64,000 nucleotides of DNA from Haliotis rubra (lineage: Eukaryota), in assembly GCF_003918875.1 (NCBI RefSeq), contig NW_025766592.1, positions 992,001 through 1,056,000 on the forward strand, read 5' to 3'. The position numbers were made by a program, and so were the translations under genes. Below the pieces are notes generated by a model. It saw nothing but the letters and a program-made list of their open reading frames with translations, was not told the DNA's origin and searched no databases. Below are positions 50,901 to 64,000 of the stretch, piece by piece; position 1 is the first letter of the stretch, and each line of letters opens with the position of its first letter.

Positions 50901-52204
50901 GGTAACAATTATTATATAATTCGTCAGATACACTTATTGTTAGAACTGTATGCTGATCTATGCACTTGCAATTGCCTACATACAGGGGCTAACGGTGACC
51001 TGGTGATCAATGCCGCATAAACTTGCCAATAGTTGTCTCCAGAAACCGTGTCAGGATACGCTGATTCCAGATTCATGGTTCTGTCCAATTATGATCCTTG
51101 GTTGATTTTTATCGTACCAATGTTAGACAGTATGCATGTATCCTGTGTCAATTCGGACGGTTCTCCTGTAGTTTGCTGTTAGGCTGTGGTGTACACAGAT
51201 CGTCCCAAACAACTAAACCCAACTCACTCACTAACTTACTCCTTTGTTCTGTTTCCCACGCCGTCACATGGCATGGCACACACCTCAGAGTCACTGGTAG
51301 CCTAGAGGCTGACTCTGACCGGGTTCAGTCACACACATGGGTCTGATTCGTGACACTTTATCTTGGGTGTTAACAATATCGGTTGACTCGGCTTTGAGTC
51401 GTACTGTGTTTGAGTCGAATGTCCTATGTTGATGGTATCTCAGATAAAAGCCGGCATTACTCCAGACTAGGACAAACCGCCATTCACGCACATGCGCACG
51501 CTCGTACGCACGGTAGTACTCACGCATGCACGTCGCTATAAAATGAAACAAAAATGGAGTACCTTGAACGTTAAGCCCCATTCCCCCTCTGCTCAACTAG
51601 TTTTTGCATAAAAACAGATATAATATCACACTGATGGATCTACATAATTATTCATACAATATGATACAGATAATATTGTACAACCCAGTTTCAATATTTT
51701 ACGTGAGCTGATCAGGAGAGAATAAATTGCTTATCTCATGATATGTCACTTGAGATGATATTAACTCGAGTGAATCATCCCGTCATTAACCATGTACATA
51801 TGTTATTCAGCTGTTGTTTATAGTCAGTATATTGACTTCATATAGGCCACCGTGGAGTAAATTCTTATAAATGCATGATATTGAATAAGATTATGTGTGC
51901 CAGTGGTAGTCCAACTTGGACACTACAGAACTGTGTAGTTGCGAATGCACGTAGGTAGAGCACCCGGCTTGTGACACCTGTTACTAAGCAACGAAGACAA
52001 AGATTCGATGGTGAAAATGTGTGTGACAATTAGATCTTTCTCGTTGCAGTCTCGAACACAGTGAACAGGTTTAATAATAATAATGACGTGACAAGCAAGT
52101 GACGTCACACAACCCGGCGACTTAGAATTAGGTTTCACAAGATTGGACTGACCATTGGGATTGTTATGTTCTTCAACAAGTATAAGCAATATTTCCTGGA
52201 TTAG

Positions 52205-52425
52205 GTTCCAAGTGCCTGATTTCCATTTATCTATTGTTCCAACTGCATAATTTCCTTTCATCCATTGTTCCAAGTGCATGATTTCCATTCATCCATTGTT
52301 CCAACTGCATGATTTTCATTCATCCATTATTTCAGGTGCATAATTTCCATACATCCATTGTTCCAAGTGCATGATTTCCATTCATCTATTGTTTCAGGTG
52401 TACGATTCCTAGTATACATCCATTG
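52205..52425. repeat. 31-bp minisatellite, about 7 copies
   Basis: Unit ATTTCCATTCATCCATTGTTCCAA(G/C)TGCATG. Confidence 0.88.
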
Positions 52426-52586
52426 ACACGGACAAGCCTACTTCCAATACAGCTGTGACGTGGAACTATTAATGTTCTTGTTTTATTATTTGATGGATCT
52501 TTTGTATATATAATCTTTTTGAGGCGTTTGTTCATACCTGTTTGTTCACACGCTTAACACAAATACAATCACGTTCACACGTTGAC

Positions 52587-52829
52587 ACCCTTGAAGATCC
52601 GGGTTAGATTTGATCTTCAGTAAACCATGCTTGTCGTAAGAGGCGACTAACGGGATTGGGTGGTCAGGCTCGCTGACTTGGCTGACAGATGTCATCGGTT
52701 CCCAATTGTGTAGGTCGATGCTCATGCTGTTGATCACTGGATTGACTCGTCCAGACTCGATTATTTACAGACCGCCGCTATATAGCTTGAATACTGCTGA
52801 GTGCGGCGTAAAACTAAACTCACTCACTC
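52587..52829 (+). mobile_element. Full-length family-B SINE
   Basis: Consensus match with (ACTC)n tail. Confidence 0.9.
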
Positions 52830-52855
52830 TGGTGATGAGACATAGTGAGAAGAAA

Positions 52856-55800
52856 ACATTATATACCCTTTATCTATATAATATATGTCGGTCATGGGAT
52901 ACTGGATAACGCACTCACGTCCACGTGTACTCACAATCATTATACATGTATATCCTCTATCTATATAATATATTGCAGTCATGGGATACTGGATAACGTA
53001 CTCACGTCCATGTGTACTCACAATCATTATATATCCTCTATCTATATAATATATGGCGGTCATGGTATACTGGATAACGTACTCACGTCCACGTGTACTC
53101 ACAATCATTATATATCCTCTATCTCTATAATATATGGCGGTCATGCATGGGATACTGGATAACACACTCACGTCCACGTGTACTCACAATCATTATACAT
53201 GTATATCCTCTATCTATATAATATATTGCAGTCATGGGATACTGGATAACGTACTCACGTCCATGTTTACTCACAATCATTATATATCCTCTATCTATAT
53301 AATATATGGCAGTCATGGGATACTGGATAACACACTCACGTCCACGTGTACTCACAATCATTATATATCCTCTATCTATATAATATATGACGGTCATGGG
53401 ATACTGGATAACGTACTCACGTCCACGTGTACTCACAATCATTATATATCCCTATCTATATAATATATATTGGCGGTCATGGGATACTGGATAACGTACT
53501 CACGTCCACGGATACTGGATAACGTACTCACGTCAATCATTATATATCCTCTATCTCTATAATATATGGCGGTCATGGGATACTGGATAACACACTCAAC
53601 GTCCACGTGTACTCACAATCATTATATATCCTCTATCTATATAATATATATGCGGTCATGGGATACTGGATAACGTACTCACGTCCACGTGTACTCACAA
53701 TCATTATATATCCTCTATCTATATAATATATGGCGGTCATGCATGGATACTGGATAACACACTCACGTCCACGTGTACTCACAATCATTATATATATCCT
53801 CTATCTATATAATATATTGCGGTCATGGGATACTGGATAACGTACTCACGTCCACGTGTACTCACAATCATTATATATCCTCTATCTATATAATATATGG
53901 CGGTCATGGGATACTGGATAACGTACTCACGTCCACGTGTACTCACAATCATTATATATCCTCTATCTCTATAATATATGGCGGTCATGGGATACTGGAT
54001 AACGTACTCACGTCCACGTGTACTCACAATCATTATATATCCTCTATCTATAAAATATATGGCGGTCATGGGATACTGGATAACGTACTCGTCCACGTGT
54101 ACTCACAATCATTATATATCCTCTATCTATATAATATATGGCAGTCATGGGATACTGGATAACGCTCTTACGTCCACGTGTACTCACAATCATTATATAT
54201 CCTCTATCTATATAATATATGGCAGTCATGGGATACTGGATAACGTACTCACGTCCACGTGTACTCACAATCATTATATATCCTCTATCTATATATATAT
54301 GGCAGTCATGGGATACTGGATAACACACTCACGTCCACGTGTACTCACAATCATTATATATCCTCTATCTATATAATATATGGCAGTCATGGGATACTGG
54401 ATAACGCACTCACGTCCACGTGTACTCACAATCATTATATATCCTCTATCTATATAATATATGGCAGTCATGGGATACTGGATAACACTCACGTCCACGT
54501 GTACTCACAATCATTATATATCCTCTATCTATATAATATATGGCAGTCATTGGATACTGGATAACGCTCTTACGTCCACGTGTACTCACAATCATTATAT
54601 TTCCTCTATCTCTATAATATATGGCAGTCATGGGATACTGGATAACACACTCACGTCCACGTGTACTCACAATCATTATATATCCTCTATCTCTATAATA
54701 TATGGCAGTCATTGGATACTGGATAACACACTCACGTCCACGTGTACTCACAATCATTATATATCCTCTATCTATAAAATATATGGCGGTCATGGGATAC
54801 TGGATAACGTACTCACGTCCACGTGTACTCACAATCATTATATATCCTCTATCTATATAATATATGGCAGTCATGGGATACTGGATAACGCTCTTACGTC
54901 CACGTGTACTCACAATCATTATATATCCTCTATCTATATAATATATGACGGTCATGGGATACTGGATAACGTACTCACGTCCACGTGTACTCACAATCAT
55001 TATATATCCTCTATCTATAAAATATATGGCGGACATGGGATACTGGATAACACACTCACGTCCACGTGTACTCACAATCATTATATATCCTCTATCTATA
55101 TAATATATGGCGGTCATGGTATACTGGATAACGCTCTTACGTCCACGTGTACTCACAATCATTATATATCCTCTATCTATATAATATATGGCGGTCATGG
55201 GATACTGGATAACACACTCACGTCCACGTGTACTCACAATCATTATATATCCTCTATCTATATAATATATGGCGGTCATGGGAAACTGGATAACGCTCTT
55301 ACGTCCACGTGTACTCACAATCATTATATATCCTCTATCTCTATAATATATGGCGGTCATGGGATACTGGATAACGCACTCACGTCCACGTGTACTCACA
55401 ATCATTATATATCCTCTATCTATAAAATATATGGCGGTCATGGGATACTGGATAACGTACTCACGTCCACGTGTACTCACAATCATTATATATCCTCTAT
55501 CTATATAATATATGGCAGTCATGGGATACTGGATAACGCTCTTACGTCCACGTGTACTCACAATCATTATATATCCTCTATCTATATAATATATGACGGT
55601 CATGGGATACTGGATAACGTACTCACGTCCACGTGTACTCACAATCATTATATATCCTCTATCTCTATAATATATGGCAGTCATTGGATACTGGATAACA
55701 CACTCACGTCCACGTGTACTCACAATCATTATATATCCTCTATCTATAAAATATATGGCGGTCATGGGATACTGGATAACGTACTCACGTCCACGTGTAC

Positions 55801-57962
55801 TCACAATCATTATATATCCTCTATCTATATAATATATGGCAGTCATGGGATACTGGATAACGCTCTTACGTCCACGTGTACTCACAATCATTATATATCC
55901 TCTATCTATATAATATATGGCAGTCATGGGATACTGGATAACGTACTCACGTCCACGTGTACTCACAATCATTATATATCCTCTATCTATATAATATATG
56001 GCAGTCATGGGATACTGGATAACACACTCACGTCCACGTGTACTCACAATCATTATATATCCTCTATCTATATAATATATGGCAGTCATGGGATACTGGA
56101 TAACGCACTCACGTCCACGTGTACTCACAATCATTATATATCCTCTATCTATATAATATATGGCAGTCATGGGATACTGGATAACACACTCACGTCCACG
56201 TGTACTCACAATCATTATATATCCTCTATCTATATAATATATGGCAGTCATGGGATACTGGATAACGCTCTTACGTCCACGTGTACTCACAATCATTATA
56301 TTTCCTCTATCTCTATAATATATGGCGGCATGGTCATGGGATACTGGATAACACCCCATTCTCTATAATATATGGCACGTCCACGTGTCCACACTCACAA
56401 TCATTATATATCCTCTATCTCTATAATATATGGCGGTCATTGGATGCTGGATAACACACTCACGTCCACGTGTACTCACAATCATTATATATCCTCTATC
56501 TATATAATATATGGCGGTCATGGGATACTGGATAACGCTCTTACGTCCACGTGTACTCACAATCATTATATATCCTCTATCTATATAATATATGACGGTC
56601 ATGGGATACTGGATAACGTACTCACGTCCACGTGTACTCACAATCATTATATATCCTCTATCTATAAAATATATGGCGGACATGGGATACTGGATAACAC
56701 ACTCACGTCCATGTGTACTCACAATCATTATATATCCTCTATCTATATAATATATGGCAGTCATGGTATACTGGATAACGCTCTTACGTCCACGCGTACT
56801 CACAATCATTATATATCCTCTATCTATATAATATATGGCGGTCATGGGATACTGGATAACACACTCACGTCCACGTGTACTCACAATCATTATATATCCT
56901 CTATCTATATAATATATGGCGGTCATGGGAAACTGGATAACGCTCTTACGTCCACGTGTACTCACAATCATTATATATCCTCTATCTATATAATATATGG
57001 CGGTCATGGGATACTGGATAACGCACTCACGTCCACGTGTACTCACAATCATTATATATCCTCTATCTATAAAATATATGGCGGTCATGGGATACTGGAT
57101 AACGTACTCACGTCCACGTGTACTCACAATCATTATATATCCTCTATCTATATAATATATGGCAGTCATGGGATACTGGATAACGCTCTTACGTCCACGT
57201 GTACTCACAATCATTATATATCCTCTATCTATATAATATATGACGGTCATGGGATACTGGATAACGTACTCACGTCCATGTGTATTCACAATCATTATAT
57301 ATCCTCTATCTATATAATATATGACGGTCATGGGATACTGGATAACGTACTCACGTCCACGTGTACTCACAATCATTATATATCCTCTATCTATAAAATA
57401 TATGGCGGACATGGGATACTGGATAACACACTCACGTCCACGTGTACTCACAATCATTATATATCCTCTATCTATATAATATATGGCAGTCATGGTATAC
57501 TGGATAACGCTCTTACGTCCACGCGTACTCACAATCATTATATATCCTCTATCTATATAATATATGGCGGTCATGGGATACTGATACTGGTCCATACTCA
57601 CAATCACTCACGTCCATAACGTGTCCACTCACAATCATTATATATCCTCTATCTATATAATATATGGCGGTCATGGGAAACTGGATAACGCTCTTACGTC
57701 CACGTGTACTCACAATCATTATATATCCTCTATCTATATAATATATGGCGGTCATGGGCATACTGGATAACCTCTACTCACGTCCACGTACTCTCACAAT
57801 CATTATATATCCTCTATCTATATAATATATGGCGGACATGGGATACTAGATAACGCACTCACGTCCACGTGTACTCACAATCATTATATATCCTCTATCT
57901 ATATAATATATGGCGGTCATGGGATACTGGATAACGCACTCACGTCCACGTGTACTCACAAT
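52856..57962. repeat. 81-bp satellite array, about 63 copies
   Basis: Unit CACAATCATTATATATCCTCTATCTATATAATATATGGCGGTCATGGGATACTGGATAACGTACTCACGTCCACGTGTACT. Confidence 0.98.
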
Positions 57963-58489
57963 AAGCTTCGCCTGACACAACTGGAACAATGACAGTAGGT
58001 GACGAGACATGGTCTGAATATAGTCTTATCTTCGGACAATGAGTACATCAGAAGTTCTAAGTAGATTTATTCGTATTTCTTGCACATTAAAACAGATTTT
58101 AGTGAGTTTAGTTTTAGCAATATTCAAGCAATATTACGGAGGGGGACACCAGAAATGGGCTTCACACAATGTACCCATCTGGTGAATCGAATCCTTTTTT
58201 GCAGAGTACACGAGTGTATGGTTTAACCACACCACTAGGCTACCCTTCCAAACCCCAAAAAATAAATTAAAATTAAAATAAAATATAACATAAAAAAATA
58301 AATATTCAAATAAATAACATAAAGATAAACAAATATTTATATTACTATGTTAAAAAAACAACAAATAAAAATAAATAAATATGTATTTAAATATATTTAC
58401 ATAAAGAATACTGTTTAAAAAAAAAAATATGATCGCGATAACTTGATTGACACTCGCGAATCTATGTGTAAAAAGTTATGGGGTTTGTT

Positions 58490-58491
<2 letters not shown>

Positions 58492-58536
<45 letters not shown>
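58492..58536. repeat. (GT)n microsatellite
   Basis: Direct reading; others at 23724-23760 (GT), 21170-21290 (CT) and 62578-62606 (GAT). Confidence 0.97.
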
Positions 58537-58539
<3 letters not shown>

Positions 58540-58994
58540 AATTAAGAAATGGAGTCTGGACTGGATGATCTAATGATTGACATCCTGACCCTCGATCGTC
58601 CCTTGCAGTGGACCTGTCCATTACATGGCCAACCGCACCGATAGTCGCCTCGAAGCATGCATGGGCTTGCAATTGGGACCTCCAGTCGGACTCCCGTTTA
58701 GCGACATAATCGTATGTACTTACAGTTAAACGAACGTTAGGTTCACGACATAATCGGGCTACAGTGGGACAATCCCACGTGACCACGAGAAAACGGGGCC
58801 AGATTTCTTCAAAGGCATTTCTACACTACCAACAGATTATAGAATAATGTGGGTGAAATTAGGAGCGAGATAAAAAAAACTCCTTGACGACAGAAATGCT
58901 TATCAAAGCGCCGTTAAATCCACCACGCTCACTTCCAACATATGTGTATGTCCCGTTTGTATTTCTCATTATCAATGTTACAATTTAAACACAT

Positions 58995-60436
58995 AACACA
59001 TCCTGAATAAAATAGAACAAGTCAATGAATACCCTATATTTCTATAACTATTTACTAATCTACCGGGCAAAAGAAAGTTATCCTTTTTAAAGTAATTGTA
59101 TGAAAAACAAAAACGCTGGTTCGCCAAAACGCAGCATGGTCCCAAGAACAAAGCAACTGTCCGAAAACTTCGTACGATTCGGGCATTTTTCAAAACGTGA
59201 AAAATGTAATTGTGGGACATTGGTTGGACAGAGCAAGCATGCAGTGAGTTACCAAAAAGCCACCATGAATATGCCAAGACGTTCGGAAACGCAACGAGAC
59301 AGGGCGATCGGTCTGGCCAATATGGGGCTTCACGTCAGCTGGCCAGCAAGAGCCTTTAACTGCAACCAGGCCACTATCAGCAAATTGAGAAATCTCTACC
59401 AGCACACATACTAGCCGCAAGACCGCCCAGGATCGGGAAGGCCAAGAGTCATGATACCGCTACATTCGATAGATCCACCTCCGGAACAGATTTGTGTCGG
59501 CTACATCAACGGCGGCAACACCACTAGGATACGTCATCAACAGACGAACAGTCCTTGGACGACTGGGTATGGCTGGTATTATGTATACGGGCCTATCGCT
59601 CCTTCCGTGGAATGGCTTTGACCCGTCTGCACCGTCAATACAGACTGACATTGGGCACAAACTGTACATCGGTGGCAGCGACGTGACTGGGAGAGATGAA
59701 AATCGGTTCAGTGGATCAGTTCCGAAACGAAACGTTTTTCGCCGTAGAGAAGAGCCACTGGCGCCACACTGCGTTCAAGAAGTTCATCCTTCATGGTACA
59801 GGGTGTCAGCTGTGGCCAGAAAACAACAAGACTGGTTATCATACGATGTAATCTGAATGCCCAGCAATACAGAGATGAAGTATTGATACCTTTTGTTGTG
59901 ACCTTTACTTAACAGCGCAAGGCCTCACAACTCCAGAATTGTTCGAAATACCTGCACAACGTTAACGTCAACGTATTGCGTTGGTCAGCGCGTTCTACAG
60001 ACATGAACCCCATTGAACACCTCTGTGATCATCGTCTTGATCGTCAGCTAACACAGACCTACAGCCTAGGGCGAACCGACAGAAACTTGAACTGATTCTC
60101 TTAGACTTAAGGAGCAGGATTCCTGCTGACGTCATCCGCCGACTGCCTACGTCAATGAGGAGACGTGTGTTGGCGTGTATGGATGCCCAAGCTCGTCACA
60201 CTCGCTATTGATGACGTGTCTCCTGAATTTTGGTTCATTATGTGACAATTCATGCACTTTTTGAATGAACTCTGATTTGAGTAATATGGAATTTTTACCC
60301 CTTGACTTCTCGCTTAATTGTGGCAAATGCATTACAATGAATGTTCAGTCAAATTATTGGAAACTAATTTCTATTTGGAAAATAATTACCTTAAATCTCA
60401 CAAACGTCTTTGTTTCTATTTGTTATTGGTCAAGTG
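58995..60436 (+). mobile_element. Old decayed Tc1 element (transposase relic about 59272-60210)
   Basis: MPR.SETQRDRAIG..ARAFNCNQATISKL, SGRPRV, DENRF, WSARSTDMNPIEHL, HTRY* across many frameshifts; TIRs eroded, so ends are approximate. Confidence 0.85.
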
Positions 60437-60562
60437 AAGTCGGCGATAACATTCTTCTACCCGGTAGTTTATATTTCAGTCATGTAAATTTGGTCTCGTC
60501 ACTATATGGCTGAAAAAATGCCGATGCGACGTAAAATGTCACTCACTTTAGGAATAGGGCGC

Positions 60563-61650
60563 TTACTTCAAGAAAGTCCTCGGTTGTGAAATTAGTCTGG
60601 AATTTGAACCGTTAGATACAGAAGACTCAGAACAGAATGACGAAGGGGTTTCGACACTTGAAGATTCAGATTCTTCATCTGAAGTTTCAGACAACAAATT
60701 AAATTTCACAGTGTTCAGTCCAAACATATCGTTCGTCTTCATGGACAAGATTTTATCCTTCATCCTCCCAAAGCTCTCATTATTTCTTCCCTTGGCTTTA
60801 TGTGCGGTGTATATACATACGCCTAACACTAAACCTGCAAACAGCACAACACCAAGGACGATCAGACCTGTGTACAACTTGTACTCCAGCATCAAGTTGT
60901 ACAACCGTTTATACAAGGGCGGAGGTGGCGTTACGGCAACGTTGTACCACGCTGTATGCCACGTTCTTTTTGTCACCGGATCTGTCACTGCACATGTCCA
61001 ATTTCCTGTGGAATTACTCCGTACATTTTTAACAATGACTTTCTCACTTGTGTTCGTCTTTACAACTGGTACATATTCTGTATTATTCAGAAACCACTTT
61101 AAGCTTGTCTCGGGGTACATCTGAGACAACGCATTACTGTTGCAGGTGAGCTCCAGTGCCTCTGTCTCACGGACACTTTTTGTGGGGCCTTCTGTCTTCA
61201 CTGTCAAAGAATAGATCCCAACCGTCTTAAAATTCTTCTTGCTGTATTCCATCAAACACACATACACACCGGTGTCCTTGAAGTTTACATCCCTGATGGA
61301 AAAGGTCCCCTTGAACAAAAACATCCGGGATGCATCCATGACAACAGGGTACTCGTTAACGGACCAATGGTATACAGATTTGGGGTACTCGGAAGCTATA
61401 TTCTGCGAGACTTCGTTTTTACAGGGAAACTCCACGCTGTCACCTTCGGTCTTCACGAAGTCGTAATGCATTTTCTTGATGAATTTCACCCACAGCTTCT
61501 CGGTTTCTGAGGACAGGCCGTCATCTCTGAACTTTTGAAACATCTTTTTGTTTTTAAATTTATCATACAGCCAGAACCGTTTTTCCCTTTGTAACGTTTT
61601 ATCACCGGAAAGGCCGTCTTTGTCGCCAGTATGGGCATCACCTCGGATTC
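60563..61650 (-). CDS. Type I membrane protein with two Ig-like domains (large coding exon; N-terminus unresolved)
   Basis: Ig1 (VEFPC..YHW..DTGVYVC), Ig2 (LELTC..LKWF..STGNWTC), PPPP stalk, TM LYTGLIVLGVVLFAGLVLGVCIY, Ser/Glu-rich tail; phase-1 acceptor TTACTTCAG ending at 61651. Confidence 0.9.
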
Positions 61651-64000
61651 CTGAAGTAACACAAAATGGATATTTTATTGACAATTGGTGAAATCACAAT
61701 GAAGATAATAATCACAACTGTTATCATGACAGGGAGACTTAATGGATCAATACGTGTTAGGCGATGCGTCACGGTGGTAGTTCATACGCTCAACTACATA
61801 TACCCTGAATGAGTCACTGCTTTAAAAAAACACGTGTCTGGTCTACTTTATTAGATAATCAGTCAATCAAAGCACGTTTGGGTCCAACGAACCCATGCAT
61901 TTTTTATCTACCATCAACGCGATGGGTAATACAGATTTTAATGCATTACTCTATTGCTGCTTTACACTATGGCACCGGTCCAGTCGCCATTTTGCAGTCA
62001 ACTTAACAATTGGCCCACCGGATAATGATCATGGATTTGGAACGATAAGACAATCACCCTTGATAGTTATGAAGTTGTTTTGCACTGTTTGTCATTTTAC
62101 TCGAGAAATAGTGATAGAAAACAGCGGTGCTGTACGGGTGTCTGGCTCTGAGTACAGACATATTAGGACAGTGTAATTTAGAGATTCGTGATCGAGAAAA
62201 TGTTATTTATCAAGGGCAAATAAAATAACTCCTTCAAAACATTTTCAACACTAAAATAAGTTTTTGAAATATTGTGCGAACAGGCTCGGTGTACTGACGA
62301 TTCCCATGGTATAAAAAGGCAAAAGGAAATTCAGGCCATTATATGGATAGATAAGCCTACGCCTTGACTGTACCTCTGATACCATCTAAGTTCGTGGTAT
62401 AGTTCGTGACATGTCACTCCCAACAATATTAACATTTACAGCTCCCTATGAGTAGAGTGTTCAAGCAAGCTTTGGGAAGGCCCTTTGTCAGTTTCTATAT
62501 GAATAAGACCATCTATTCCAATGTGCTATCACCAGTACCACAGCACCGGAACAGCAAGTGACAGATGAGATTCCGTGTGATGATGATGATGATGATGATG
62601 ATGATGTAGAGGTTGCTGCTCTTGTACGTACATTTACATTTTAGTGGATGGCATCTTATCTCTCTGAGAAACATCAGTGTGTTCGTACTGGTCTGTAGAG
62701 CTCTGAGAATGAAACCCTAAATCATGGAGTGCCCCAGTGATCTGTTATTGGTTTGTTACTCTTCATATTATATACGGGCCATGCTGCAAACAGTACCAGA
62801 AACCACAGGATCTCACACCATTCTTACGCTGATGATAATCCCCAGGACATACCACCTGTCCAGTATATAAACGATTGTCAGATGCTTCGCTAAAAGATCA
62901 AAGGCGCCCACAATACTTTAACAGACGATAGAGTACATTCAATGCATTAAGTCACACCGTATTGACGTCACTATGCCATTCAAGTCTGCTCCCGCGTAAT
63001 GAAACGTACCCTTGGTAACAGACGTCACTATGCATGTCAGTTGTCATTGCCAAGTACAGTCAATGACTGTTGCCAATTTTCGTTATTTTACGAGGGGCTG
63101 GGGGGGAACTTGCTGGTAGAACACCAATCTAATCACCAAGCGTGAGCAGTGAAATATTAAATTTCACTCGTGCAACTTGCACACCTGGCTGTTCTGCAAG
63201 AGTTTTCCAAATTCCTACGATGAATGTGGAAAAGCTTTGAGGAGAGTGTATTGCAGGTGTGGCATGCATCTGGAAGATTTGTGGTCTCTCCTTCAAGAAC
63301 CACTGGGACTGCACACAGAAAGAACAAAACTATACTCGAGCATGCTCATTTTACAAAGATATCAAACAAAGTGTCACCCGACTCTTGTTAGATCAGGTTT
63401 ACATTCAGGGCCTCAGTAAAGCTTTCAAACTATTGTATGGCTGGAATTTCAAAATGTGATGGATCAGTGACAATATTATGTCCAAAGTTATTCCTTATTT
63501 TGACTTTACCATACCCTCCCGGTTGTTGTCAGGTAACAATTGGCCAGCCTTTCATATGTTTAAGACGGGTTTCACCCGTGGGGCAGGCACCTTTTCGCTG
63601 ACATCTGGTGTCATCACTGTTTGATAGAGTGATTAATAAAACAATGCTCTGTGATCGTGTCATGTCAATCACTAGATTGTCTGGTCAAGACTGGATGTAC
63701 AGACCGTCGTTATACAGCTGTAATATTGCTGAATGTGGCACATCATCACATCATCATAATATGGTCGGAATTGTACAATCGACCCTGCCTTCAGCAGAGA
63801 TTTCTGATAGATACGGAAAGGTTTAGTCGCTTCTATTAAATTTAAAAAACATTCTCCAACAAAAATCTGTGTACAAAAATATTCCTAATTTCCTATTCTG
63901 AGCAAACACCATTTCGTCCTTGTTGTTAAATTTTAGGAATGTATTGCTGAACACCAGTAGACATGGCACTTCACGAGGCAAATTCCAAGATTAATTGTAC

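Noticed and set aside
54446-57619. 635/637/414/415-aa ORFs as proteins
   Set aside because: They are translations of an 81-bp satellite that is stop-free on both strands; frames break at array indels and there is no unique N- or C-terminus.
62500-63460. Upstream exons of the Ig gene or a separate gene
   Set aside because: I found no signal-peptide exon with a phase-1 donor; the short ORFs have no recognisable motifs.

Overview
Eukaryotic, intron- and repeat-rich genomic DNA. The SINE complement suggests a gastropod mollusc, possibly abalone (inference, not verified). Most ORF-track entries are artefacts of SINEs and satellites. Supported content: a decayed hAT transposase (1-2053); a 5'-truncated LINE split by a Tc1 (DD34E) element (2.86-5.46 kb); roughly 40 SINE copies from three families; and several MITEs with clean target-site duplications (TSDs). 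Three Penelope-type insertions carry hammerhead-ribozyme sequence: a near-perfect 184-bp palindrome, a 35-bp tandem array built from half a hammerhead, and an inverted relic. There is also a nested inverted duplication (21.9-27.2 kb), a 5.1-kb 81-bp satellite with higher-order structure, and a second decayed Tc1. Two convergent host genes are supported: a hand-spliced 112-aa secreted protein with four coding exons (44381-50900, +), only partly seen by the ORF track, and a two-Ig-domain type I membrane protein (60563-61650, -). The best candidate for an undescribed system is a headless SINE family. Its TSD-defined 5' end sits exactly at the start of a covarying, pseudoknotted RNA structure (candidate ribozyme or IRES-like head), and it shares its 3' tail with a tRNA-Asp SINE.
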